Origin: Pseudomonadota bacterium
Lineage (GTDB): Bacteria; Bdellovibrionota; FAC87; UBA2466
Direction of reading: 5' to 3'
DNA length: 18,632 nucleotides
NCBI GenBank assembly: GCA_043767805.1
Contig: JAYUGC010000009.1
Span: 1-18,632, forward strand
In this document: positions 1 through 7,731 of the stretch, in pieces
How positions within the stretch are numbered: the first letter of the stretch is position 1
Layout: every line of letters starts with the position of its first letter
Notes under the pieces: model-generated
What the model saw: the letters and a program-made list of their open reading frames with translations, nothing else
Told to the model about the DNA's origin: nothing
Database searches by the model: none
Translations under genes and position numbers: made by a program

Positions 1-260
1 TCTACCGAAAACAGGAAGAGGAGCTCTGGTGGTATTTTCTGAAGGCCGATAACACGGGCGTTCCCGACGGCTGGATTCCTTATTACCGGGTGCTCGGTAA
101 GGTCACCAAAGTAGGCCAGGCGCCTCGCCCCACGCGGGAGACCCGCCGCGACGACGTCCGCCGTCTGTGGCGCTCGCGCCTGGGATACGCCGTCTATGCG
201 TCACGCCTGACCGGCCGGCTTCTGCAACGTTCCCTCCTGGGACGCGCAATGCATGGGTAA
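1..260 (+). CDS. 5'-truncated S24/S26 (signal-peptidase-like) family peptidase, C-terminal part
   Basis: Not in the ORF track because the start lies outside the window. The frame beginning at nt 3 is open to TAA 258-260: YRKQEEELWWYFLKADNTGVPDGWIPYYRVLGKVTKVG...RAMHG*. 'FLKADN..PDGWIP...VLGKV' resembles the S26 box E 'KGDN...D......ilGkV'. The stop overlaps the next ATG (253) by 8 nt, suggesting an operon. Confidence 0.6.
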   Translation, partial: YRKQEEELWWYFLKADNTGVPDGWIPYYRVLGKVTKVGQAPRPTRETRRDDVRRLWRSRLGYAVYASRLTGRLLQRSLLGRAMHG

Positions 261-978
261 GCCACTCGTTTCCATCGTCGTGCCGACGTTCAACCGCGTG
301 CGCTTTCTCCGGCAAACGATCTTGTCGCTTCTCGCCGAGAAAGACGTCTCGACGGAAATCTGGGTGGTCGACGATGCGAGCGAAGACGACTCCATGGATT
401 CCATCCGCGACCTTCCAGTCGGCCAAATCCGTTTAGAGAAGAATCGAGGCGTCAGCCGCGCGCGGAACGAAGGGCTCAGTGTCTGCCAAGGCGAGCTCGT
501 CACTTTTTTCGATAGCGACGACCTTTTGGTTCCCGGCGGCATAAGCCGACGAGCGAAAGCTCTCCTCGCGCTTCCCTCGGCGGTTGGGGTCGGGGGCACG
601 CAAGCGGGCGATATCGACGCGGATGGGAATCTGCTCCCTCACCGCGTGCAACTCCCACCCAAGGAACCACTCACCTTGGATTTTTTTCGGCGGGGTGGAG
701 TTTACTGCCTGGGGCCTTGGCTTTATCTCTTTCGCCGGAAGGCTCTAGAGGAAGCAGGCGGCTTCGACGAGACTTTGCAGCTCGCTTCCGACAGTGATCT
801 CATGTTTCGTTTACTCGGCTCGGGCTACGTGCCGGTCCTTCCCATTCCCGTCATGCTCTACCGTTTTCACGAAGGAAATTTGAGCTTTTCCGATGCCGAG
901 CGCCCGGCCATGAGGCCACGTGCTTTAGCCGAAACTTACTTAGTGAATGCCCAGTACGGCATTCCCTTGCGGAGCTAG
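253..978 (+). CDS. Glycosyltransferase family 2 (GT-A fold)
   Basis: VSIVVPTFNR, EIWVVDDASED, NRGVSRARNEG, FFDSDD (DxD), GGFDETL..SDSDL, YRFHEGN: canonical GT2 motifs. Confidence 0.93.
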   Translation: MGKPLVSIVVPTFNRVRFLRQTILSLLAEKDVSTEIWVVDDASEDDSMDSIRDLPVGQIRLEKNRGVSRARNEGLSVCQGELVTFFDSDDLLVPGGISRRAKALLALPSAVGVGGTQAGDIDADGNLLPHRVQLPPKEPLTLDFFRRGGVYCLGPWLYLFRRKALEEAGGFDETLQLASDSDLMFRLLGSGYVPVLPIPVMLYRFHEGNLSFSDAERPAMRPRALAETYLVNAQYGIPLRS

Positions 979-980
979 CC

Positions 981-1703
981 ATGAAGCTGTCCATCGTCAT
1001 TCCCATTCACAATCAGGGCGCGTTTCTCTTCGCGGCTTGCGAGAGTCTCCTCAGAGAGCGGGCGGACACGGAAGTGATCGTCGTGGACGACGGATCCACC
1101 GAGGAGCTTTGGGACCTACTCGGCGAGCTCAACGTAAAATATTTCCGCCTGGGACGGCGGCAAGGCGTCGCGGCGGCTCGCAACTACGGGGGCCGGCAAG
1201 CGAGCGGTGAGTATCTGGGCTTTCTGGATGCCGACGATAAATCGGCCGCGGGTGGGCTTACTTGGCGAGTGGATTATCTGGACGCGCATCCTGAGTTCCG
1301 CGCGGTAGCGGGCGCCTTGGGCCAAATCATTGGCGAGGACGGCCTTCCTCTCCCGTCCTTTACGTTTCCTTGGGCGGCAACGCCGCTCCCACCGCTCCTC
1401 ACACGGGAATGGGCGCGCGCCCGGGGACCGATGCAAACCGCGGCTTGGTCGCTGACGTTCCGCCGTGATTTTTTCCTGGAGCTGGGCGGATTCGACGAGT
1501 CGTTACGTTTCGATCCAGATACGGATCTCCTCACGCGGGCCCTGGAGCAGACATCCATTCCGTACTTCGCGAAAGCGGTCGTCGATTACCGCGTGCACGC
1601 GGGAAACCACTCGCGTCTGGGCGGCATTCCCGAGTTCCGGCAAAAGCCTCACGTCCTGGCCGAAACGTGGCTTTCCTATCTCGCCGCCCAAGCTAGACAG
1701 TAG
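981..1703 (+). CDS. Glycosyltransferase family 2 (paralog of the upstream GT2)
   Basis: LSIVIPIHN, EVIVVDDGS, GVAAARNYG, FLDADD, GGFDESL..DTDL, YRVHAGN. Starts 2 nt after the upstream stop, with GGAG upstream. Confidence 0.93.
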   Translation: MKLSIVIPIHNQGAFLFAACESLLRERADTEVIVVDDGSTEELWDLLGELNVKYFRLGRRQGVAAARNYGGRQASGEYLGFLDADDKSAAGGLTWRVDYLDAHPEFRAVAGALGQIIGEDGLPLPSFTFPWAATPLPPLLTREWARARGPMQTAAWSLTFRRDFFLELGGFDESLRFDPDTDLLTRALEQTSIPYFAKAVVDYRVHAGNHSRLGGIPEFRQKPHVLAETWLSYLAAQARQ

Positions 1704-3429
1704 CGCGGGGCATTTCCACCATGCGGCCTTGGCCGTAGTGGAACATGAGCTCCAAAGGCTCGCCGGCCTCGAGATCTTGGATATTTTTAGGCGAGCGGTG
1801 CACGGGGAAGCGAAACTTCGCGAGGTATACGTCGTGCTGCAGTTTCTCGACGCCGGGAGGAAGGGTCTTATCCTCGTCTATAGTGGCGTTTCTTTCTCCG
1901 CCCCGCCGGCCCCGGTTTTTCGCCGACAGAGCCAGAAAGCGCACGTACTCCTGGAGCGCCGGCGGCTCTTCTCCAAGCTCCTGGGTGACGAACTCTGAAA
2001 CCCACTGCGCCTCTTGGCAGAGCTCAGCGACCGAGCTCGAAGGCAGAAAAAAATCGGCAAGCGACTTACCATGGCGCGCGAGAAACGCATCCATGCGCCG
2101 TAGGCCTTCCATTAGGCGCAAGCCCAGTTTCTCGCTCACGGTCTTCACACCGAAACGGAAGTGATCCCGGTAGTAGCCTCGAAGCCGCTTCGCCCATTCG
2201 TCCCCGCGCGCGAAATCTTGCTCGGAAAACTGCGGCGTGCGGAACACCCGATAGGGCGCTTCGGGCTCAAACACGATGCCGAGCTTATCTGCGTTCGAGA
2301 AATAACTTGAGCCCGGGAGAAGCGTGAGCCGATGGACGTTAACCAGATTGGCGTCGAGCTCCAGCGCGAAATCGAGAGACGCTTCGAAATCTTCGTACCG
2401 ATCCCCGGGCAATCCGTAAATGACGTCGATATTGAGCTCGAGGCGGGAAGTCAGGGAACGAAGGCGCTGAAAATTGGAACGAAACTTGTCCGCTTCGAAC
2501 CGGCGCCCCGCGATCTTCAAAGTCTCCGCATTGGTGGTTTGCAGGCCAAACGCGATGTAACCCGACTTGAGCCGCGCGAGCCGCTCGATGAGCTCTTCGT
2601 TGAGAAGCTCCGCCACCATCTCGAAATCAAAAATGCAGCTCCCGCCCTCTTCCTCCAAAATGATGTCGAGGATCTCGACGAGGCGCTTGCGATGCATATT
2701 GGAAACGGCGTCGGCGATCCAAACCCGGCGCACCGGAGATTTCATGATCGCCCGGAGCTCGGCTTTTACGCGCTCGAGCGGGAAGTAGCGAACTTGCCCC
2801 AGCACGCCCCAGGTGCAAAACCCACAGCGAAAGGGGCAGCCCCGGTTCGTTTCGAACGCCGCCAGATGGCTTCCCACGGTTTCCAAGTTCAGAGCGCCCG
2901 AGAGAAAGGGAGACGGGACTTCGCTCAAATCCGCGATGAGCGGCCGCTCGAGATTGGTGACGACTTCGCTGTCTTCCCGAAAGGAAATGCCGCTGACGGG
3001 CGATAGCGCCGCCTTGTTCCACCCCTGCTTGATCACTGAGAGAAACAGATCTCGAAAGGTGTGCTCGCCTTCGCCTCGAACGACCAGATCGAGCGCCGAA
3101 TGCCCGAGATAATGGGAAGCGCGGTGACTGACTTCGGGGCCGCCGGCGAAACATTTCTTCGCGGGGTCCAAGGCCTTTAGCCCGTTAATTACTTCGAGCA
3201 TTTTTGCCACGTTCCACACGTAGCAGGAGAAGCCCACGAAATCGGCGTCCTTCGCTTTTTGAATGAGCGTTTCGGCGTTGACGTCGACGTTCTCGTCGAT
3301 AACTTCCAAATCCAGGCCGTCGCGCAGCTCGGGTTCGTCGAGCCATACGGCCTTCATTAGGTAAGGCGCCAGAGCGACTCCCGCGCTTACCGGATTCAAA
3401 GAGACTAAAAGCACTTTGGGTTTTTTCAT
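1693..3429 (-). CDS. Cobalamin (B12)-binding radical SAM protein (class B methyltransferase-like)
   Basis: N-terminal B12-binding motifs DFVGFSCYVWN, AGGPEVS, VVRGEGE. Radical SAM motif ETNRGCPFRCGFC (CxxxCxxC), then GLQT and DVIYGLPG. ATGA overlap with the upstream radical SAM gene at 3426-3429. Confidence 0.95.
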   Translation of the reverse strand: MKKPKVLLVSLNPVSAGVALAPYLMKAVWLDEPELRDGLDLEVIDENVDVNAETLIQKAKDADFVGFSCYVWNVAKMLEVINGLKALDPAKKCFAGGPEVSHRASHYLGHSALDLVVRGEGEHTFRDLFLSVIKQGWNKAALSPVSGISFREDSEVVTNLERPLIADLSEVPSPFLSGALNLETVGSHLAAFETNRGCPFRCGFCTWGVLGQVRYFPLERVKAELRAIMKSPVRRVWIADAVSNMHRKRLVEILDIILEEEGGSCIFDFEMVAELLNEELIERLARLKSGYIAFGLQTTNAETLKIAGRRFEADKFRSNFQRLRSLTSRLELNIDVIYGLPGDRYEDFEASLDFALELDANLVNVHRLTLLPGSSYFSNADKLGIVFEPEAPYRVFRTPQFSEQDFARGDEWAKRLRGYYRDHFRFGVKTVSEKLGLRLMEGLRRMDAFLARHGKSLADFFLPSSSVAELCQEAQWVSEFVTQELGEEPPALQEYVRFLALSAKNRGRRGGERNATIDEDKTLPPGVEKLQHDVYLAKFRFPVHRSPKNIQDLEAGEPLELMFHYGQGRMVEMPRATV

Positions 3430-4445
3430 GGGTGGGGATCACCCGGCGGCCGGTAGAGACGGCACTGCTCGCAAACGACCTTGCCACTAGCCGGCGCACC
3501 CAGCGTCGGGACGAAACGGCTCCGAGCAAAGCGGTAGCTTTCCCCGTTCCAGATGTCGTCGAAACTTTGGGTGAGAAGATCGCCCATGACGGCCTCCTTC
3601 TTATTGGCCCAGCAACAAGGGGTAATTTTCCCCTCGGGGTTGATCACGCAGCTGTCAAAAAGGGCGCCGCACCGGCCTGGGGCGGGTGCCGGGCCTTCGG
3701 AATCCTTGTAGTACTCGCGGATGTCGGCGGCCTCCGAGGGGAGCCACTGCCGCTTCCAGCTTTCTCCGTCGCCTTCGACGGGAAAATCCACCCACTCGTA
3801 TCCCAGAAAAAGCTGCTTGCGTTCGAAGTCCACGCCCAGCTCGTCGGCAATCGCCTTCACCTTCGGGGCATCGGCCTCGTTCTTTTTGCTCACGATGAAG
3901 CCCACCGTGATGCGCGGCAAGGCCGACTCTAACTTCTGCTTCGTGGCCACGAGACTTCTCAAATTGGAAAGCACGAGCGCGAGATTCCCGCCTTTGCGAT
4001 GCTGCTCGTAGGTCTCCTGAGTCGCGCCGTCGACGGCGATACGCAAGTGATCGAGGCCCGAGGTGACGATGGCCTCGAAAAAGGCAGCGTCGCGAGTCAG
4101 GCTGAAGTTCGAGTGAATGGTGACCCGGATGCCGCGCGCGGTGGCAAGACGGATCATCTCGAAAATGTCGGGGTGCTGAAAGGACTCTCCAATGTTGAAG
4201 AGATTCAACCTCCGTACCGACGTCATTTTTTCCAGCACGCTCTGGAAAGTGGCGAGCGGCATCTTGCGCTTGAAATCGTTGGGAAGCCCCTGGCCAGTGG
4301 GGCAGAGCTCGCAGCTCAAATTACAGGCGCTCATCGGATCGAGGTAGAGCTGGGAGGGAAGCGGAATCCGCCCCGAAATGGCGTACTCCATCCAGGTCTT
4401 TTTTCCCATGCCTTCGGGAGAACGGAGGGACGTTGGTGCTTCCAT
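3426..4445 (-). CDS. Radical SAM protein with C-terminal SPASM/Twitch Fe-S domain
   Basis: CNLSCELC (CxxxCxxC), NIGES, IAVDGATQETY..RKGG. C-terminal CGALFDSCVINPEGKITPCC...MGDL..SFDDIWNG...CEQC. Confidence 0.93.
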   Translation of the reverse strand: MEAPTSLRSPEGMGKKTWMEYAISGRIPLPSQLYLDPMSACNLSCELCPTGQGLPNDFKRKMPLATFQSVLEKMTSVRRLNLFNIGESFQHPDIFEMIRLATARGIRVTIHSNFSLTRDAAFFEAIVTSGLDHLRIAVDGATQETYEQHRKGGNLALVLSNLRSLVATKQKLESALPRITVGFIVSKKNEADAPKVKAIADELGVDFERKQLFLGYEWVDFPVEGDGESWKRQWLPSEAADIREYYKDSEGPAPAPGRCGALFDSCVINPEGKITPCCWANKKEAVMGDLLTQSFDDIWNGESYRFARSRFVPTLGAPASGKVVCEQCRLYRPPGDPHP

Positions 4446-4468
4446 GATTGAGGATCTCTCGGGCTACA

Positions 4469-4497
4469 ACTAAAGCGGGGGTGATTTTCGCTGTCAA
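4469..4497 (-). promoter_or_regulatory. Putative sigma70 promoter for the two radical SAM genes
   Basis: Minus strand: perfect TTGACA (4497-4492), 17 nt spacer, weak -10 TTTAGT (4474-4469), about 24 nt upstream of ATG 4445. Confidence 0.35.
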
Positions 4498-4558
4498 CCG
4501 CTCCGGGTCTTCTATTGCGCCGCCAAAAGAGAAAGGAACGCGAACCAAGCAGGAAAGC

Positions 4559-4567
4559 TGTTACATT
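4559..4567 (+). promoter_or_regulatory. Putative extended -10 element
   Basis: TGtTACATT (TGn + TAnnnT), 12 nt upstream of ATG 4580; no SD sequence visible. Confidence 0.3.
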
Positions 4568-4579
4568 AGCGGCGTCACG

Positions 4580-5830
4580 ATGAACGCCAGACTCTTTAAT
4601 CGTCTTCGCGCCGGAATCGACGGCCTTTGCCACTGGCCCCTCGTTCGCCTGGCCGGCACGGATTGCTACTGGTGGGCCGCGTCCGCGGTGGCCCGCAAGC
4701 TTTACCGTTTCCCGGGCGTGCGTTCCGTGGCGCTCCGAGGCGGAATGGTCAGAGGGTGCCGGCCGGGGATTTCCGATTTGGATTTCACCGTCCTCCTGCA
4801 CGACGAAAGCTTTGAGACCGAAGTGACTCAGTCACGCGCGCTCATCGCCGAGTACCGAAGCTTGAAGCGATTCGTGCCGATGCTCGGAGAGCTGACGCTG
4901 ACCACGACCGGACGCTGGTCGCACTTTGAACGGCTGGCTCCCGGCCCGGTCCTTGGCTACCGCGATCAGCTGCGGTTTCACAACGGACGATGGACGAAGG
5001 CCCGGTGCGAGGCCGTTCCCCACGCGGCGGCGCGTTTCGCCCTCGCTCTCGATCACTTTCGTCTGGCTCTCCACGCCGCCCAGCTCGACGATAGCCGCTA
5101 CGGCCGCATCGTCGCCGCGAAGGAAATGCGAAAAGCGGGGAAGTTTGCGGGAGACGAAACGGCGGGCGAGGATCCGATCCTGGTTTTTCTCGCGCTCGAT
5201 CGTTTGGCCACCGAAGCCGTTCAAGACCGGTTTTTTACTCCCGAGCTGACTTGGCCCGAAGCCCCCGTTTTAAGGCGAGCGGCCCACGCGGTTCTCGGAG
5301 ACTGGCAGATTGCCACTTTGCTAAAACGGCCCGGTTTTTCCGAAGGAGTGGCAGCGGGCGATGCCCCCTTCTCCCTCGCCGCCTCTCCCCACCACGTGCG
5401 AACGTGGATGCCCGCGCTGCTTCGCCGGGAAAAGGGCGAGTCGCGCCTTCCCGTATATCCGCTTTCTCCCGCCATGAGCGAGTGCCGCGCGAGAGGATGG
5501 GCGGGTTGGTGGCCCACCGAGCCGCTGGCCCAATTTCCTAACTCCGGCGCGCCCTCTCCTGAGCGAGGCGGGCATCTGCTTCGCAGCCTGGTTGAGAGAC
5601 TCTGTCACGACAGCATTTGCCTCGTGCCCGGGCGCCTGACCCTCGCCGCCGACCGCGAGAGCGATCTATGGGAGACGCGTTTTTCCGTCGAGACAAATGC
5701 GCTTAGGCAAGCGTTGCGCCTGGATCCGGTCGCCAAGCAATCCCAGGATCGCCTCAGTCACGGCATCACCTTGGCGCGCTCCGCCATGGAGGCTGTTGCC
5801 CTGGCCCGGGATCGATCTTGGCTCAACTAA
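4580..5830 (+). CDS. Nucleotidyltransferase (DNA pol-beta superfamily) domain protein with uncharacterised C-terminal region
   Basis: VRSVALRGGMVRGCRPGISDLDFTVLL fits the hG[GS]xxRG...SDhD nucleotidyltransferase signature. ATG 4580 is preferred over TTG 4448, which would leave no room for the divergent promoters. Confidence 0.7.
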   Translation: MNARLFNRLRAGIDGLCHWPLVRLAGTDCYWWAASAVARKLYRFPGVRSVALRGGMVRGCRPGISDLDFTVLLHDESFETEVTQSRALIAEYRSLKRFVPMLGELTLTTTGRWSHFERLAPGPVLGYRDQLRFHNGRWTKARCEAVPHAAARFALALDHFRLALHAAQLDDSRYGRIVAAKEMRKAGKFAGDETAGEDPILVFLALDRLATEAVQDRFFTPELTWPEAPVLRRAAHAVLGDWQIATLLKRPGFSEGVAAGDAPFSLAASPHHVRTWMPALLRREKGESRLPVYPLSPAMSECRARGWAGWWPTEPLAQFPNSGAPSPERGGHLLRSLVERLCHDSICLVPGRLTLAADRESDLWETRFSVETNALRQALRLDPVAKQSQDRLSHGITLARSAMEAVALARDRSWLN

Positions 5831-5927
5831 CAACGCTGAGCACCAGAAAGCGACTCGATTTTCTCTTGGCGGGGCTCAAACCCTTCGGTTATCCTTCCGG
5901 AAACTCTAACGAATTAACCACTCGCGG

Positions 5928-6326
5928 ATGAAACCCATGGACGAAGAGCGCTACCGAACCAGTGAGTCTGCCGTCTACCGCGAGGTAGGAAACGAGCTCG
6001 TCGTCATTCAAGTCGAGACAGGACACTTCTACTACTTCAACAAGACGACCAAACAGTTTCTCGATTTCTTCCGCCATCCGGCGAAGCTCGACGATTTTCT
6101 TTCGCGCGCGGGACTAAGCGACGACGCCGAGCTCACCTACCTCAAAACGTTTTTGTGCACCCTGAAAGACAAGCGCATCTTGGAAGCGACCGAAGCGACG
6201 GGGGTCATTCCCTCGGGAGGCGAAGTGAGCTCATACGACCGGCCCACGCTCATCCGCGAAGGCGAGAAGAAGCTCGACGAGATCGCGTCCGAAATTGCCG
6301 TGCTTACCACGGGCACTTTCCTCTAA
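5928..6326 (+). CDS. PqqD-family RiPP recognition element (RRE) with a C-terminal leader/core-like extension
   Basis: Residues ~8-87 (YREVGNELVVIQVETGHFYYFNKTTKQFLDFF...LKTFLCTLKDKRILE) fit the PqqD pattern of 3 beta strands plus 3 helices. They are followed by a G/S/T linker and YDRPTLIREG...VLTTGTFL. The start could alternatively be ATG 5937. Confidence 0.85.
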   Translation: MKPMDEERYRTSESAVYREVGNELVVIQVETGHFYYFNKTTKQFLDFFRHPAKLDDFLSRAGLSDDAELTYLKTFLCTLKDKRILEATEATGVIPSGGEVSSYDRPTLIREGEKKLDEIASEIAVLTTGTFL

Positions 6327-6442
6327 AAAGCCCCGCCCCCGGCCTAAACACCTCTTTCGTGTAGTAACCCCACGGGTTACGCCATTCGCTTCCGCGCTGT
6401 TCACTTCTCAGACGAATTTCACAATTCGGCAGGCTTCCCGAT

Positions 6443-6459
6443 CTGGAACGGACCCTGCA
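6443..6459 (+). promoter_or_regulatory. Putative sigma54 (-24/-12) promoter
   Basis: CTGGAACGGACCCTGCA: GG-N10-GC spacing, close to the consensus YTGGCACG-N4-TTGCW, 53 nt upstream of ATG 6513. Confidence 0.5.
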
Positions 6460-6512
6460 GTAGCAGAGCTTAAGCAAAGCACACTGGACACGCGACTTTG
6501 AGAGAACAACGA

Positions 6513-7658
6513 ATGGCCTTACGACGCACAATTTGCGCACTCGCCTTAGGAATCGCTTTCACGATTCCCGTGCTTTCGGCGCGAGCCGATGAGGATCGCC
6601 GCACCCAGCAAGGAGACAAGGCCAGCAAGGAATTGAAGAAGAAGACCGAAGAGCAGCTGCTGCCTTCGCAGAAGATACATGAAGGACTTAAAGAAGAGCA
6701 TCTAAAGAAGGCCGAAGAGGCGCGCCAGAATAAAGACGAAGGAACGGCTCAAAGAGAAGAACAGATGGCCATGATGGAGCAGATGAAGGTTCAACAGCTC
6801 CAGCAGCAAATCCAATCGAACAACGAGTCGGCTGACAAGAACGCGCAAGGCGCCGCAAAGCTCACCGAGACGGACGCGAACGACAAACAAAAATCTTATG
6901 ATCCGAGCGTCGTTTCCGTGCGAAAAGGCGAAGTGCCTTCAGCTCCCGGACAAAAGCCTTCCGGCGGCGGTAGCCCTCCGGGGACCGAGCCCGCGGCTCC
7001 TCCCGCGCAGCTTGCGGACCTCAGCACTTTTTCTCGTGAGGCCTTGCCCCAGCCGGCAGTCGTCGCTCCGAAGGCCGAAGCGCCGCCCCCTGCCGCGAGA
7101 CCGCAGACCATCGATCATCTTTTGGGAGACTTGGAAAAGGTAGACCGCGCGGCCGTCGTCTATGAGGACGGCGCGAAGAACGCGAATGGCGGCCAAAGCG
7201 GGGCGACGCCGCAATACCGTTTGCTCACTTCCGCTTCGGGTCAGGCGACGACCCCGACCGCGACGGTTTCTGGCGGTAGCTCAGACGGCGGAGCCGGAGG
7301 GGCGAATTCCGATATTTGGAAAGCGGAAGCGGAGAAACCCACCGGTGGCCGAGCGGTCGCAACCAGAGGCCCGGCTTCCGTCGGCGGCTCGACGTCCGCG
7401 CTGGAAGGCGAAAAGGCTTTGGGCGCGTTGGACAAGGATTTCTTCGAGCCCTGCCCGGACGCGAAGGAATGGAAAAAGATGTCGAAGGAAGCGCGCGGAG
7501 GCGTGCGCGACTCTTGCCAAAAATTAGCAAAGCAGTGCCAGGCCAAGCCCGCCGACAAAAAAGCTCCGAAGGGCACGAAACCCAAAGAGCTCGCCGCCGA
7601 GTGCAAAGAATGGCTCGGCCAAAAATCCAAGACCGAAAAGAAAACCGCGGCGAAGTAA
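6513..7658 (+). CDS. Secreted hypothetical protein: coiled-coil, Pro/Gly/Ser/Thr-rich disordered region, RGPAS motif, 4-Cys basic C-terminal domain
   Basis: Sec signal peptide MALRRTICALALGIAFTIPVLSARA ending in A-x-A; K/E/Q-rich helix. ATG 6513 with GAGAGA upstream is preferred to TTG 6498. Confidence 0.8.
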   Translation: MALRRTICALALGIAFTIPVLSARADEDRRTQQGDKASKELKKKTEEQLLPSQKIHEGLKEEHLKKAEEARQNKDEGTAQREEQMAMMEQMKVQQLQQQIQSNNESADKNAQGAAKLTETDANDKQKSYDPSVVSVRKGEVPSAPGQKPSGGGSPPGTEPAAPPAQLADLSTFSREALPQPAVVAPKAEAPPPAARPQTIDHLLGDLEKVDRAAVVYEDGAKNANGGQSGATPQYRLLTSASGQATTPTATVSGGSSDGGAGGANSDIWKAEAEKPTGGRAVATRGPASVGGSTSALEGEKALGALDKDFFEPCPDAKEWKKMSKEARGGVRDSCQKLAKQCQAKPADKKAPKGTKPKELAAECKEWLGQKSKTEKKTAAK

Positions 7659-7731
7659 CGCCCGCGGCGCGTCCCGCGCGCTCGATCCGGGGCGGTCACT
7701 GGTTGCCCGCCGCAACTAAAGGGATCGTGAA

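Noticed and set aside
4446..4579. Separate small precursor-peptide ORF in the cluster's intergenic regions (also 5831-5927 and 6327-6512)
   Set aside because: No short ORF with an SD sequence and a leader-like motif was found. The listed 62-78 aa ORFs overlap real genes and look like shadow ORFs.
6234..6326. Calling the locus a lasso peptide cluster
   Set aside because: No lasso cyclase or B2 transglutaminase-like protease is in the window, and the conserved leader Thr(-2) is absent.
5928..6326. PQQ biosynthesis (pqqD with pqqE)
   Set aside because: No pqqA (ExxxY), pqqB or pqqC is visible, so no gene symbol was assigned.
6327..6385. Resemblance to a c-di-GMP-I riboswitch (AAAGCC...CCGGCCTAAAC...GGGTTAC) and a GTAACCC-cac-GGGTTAC hairpin
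   Set aside because: The GGCAAAC/GAAA-tetraloop stem and the GACGCAAA junction are missing, and that part would lie inside the RRE coding sequence. It is probably chance similarity or a simple hairpin.
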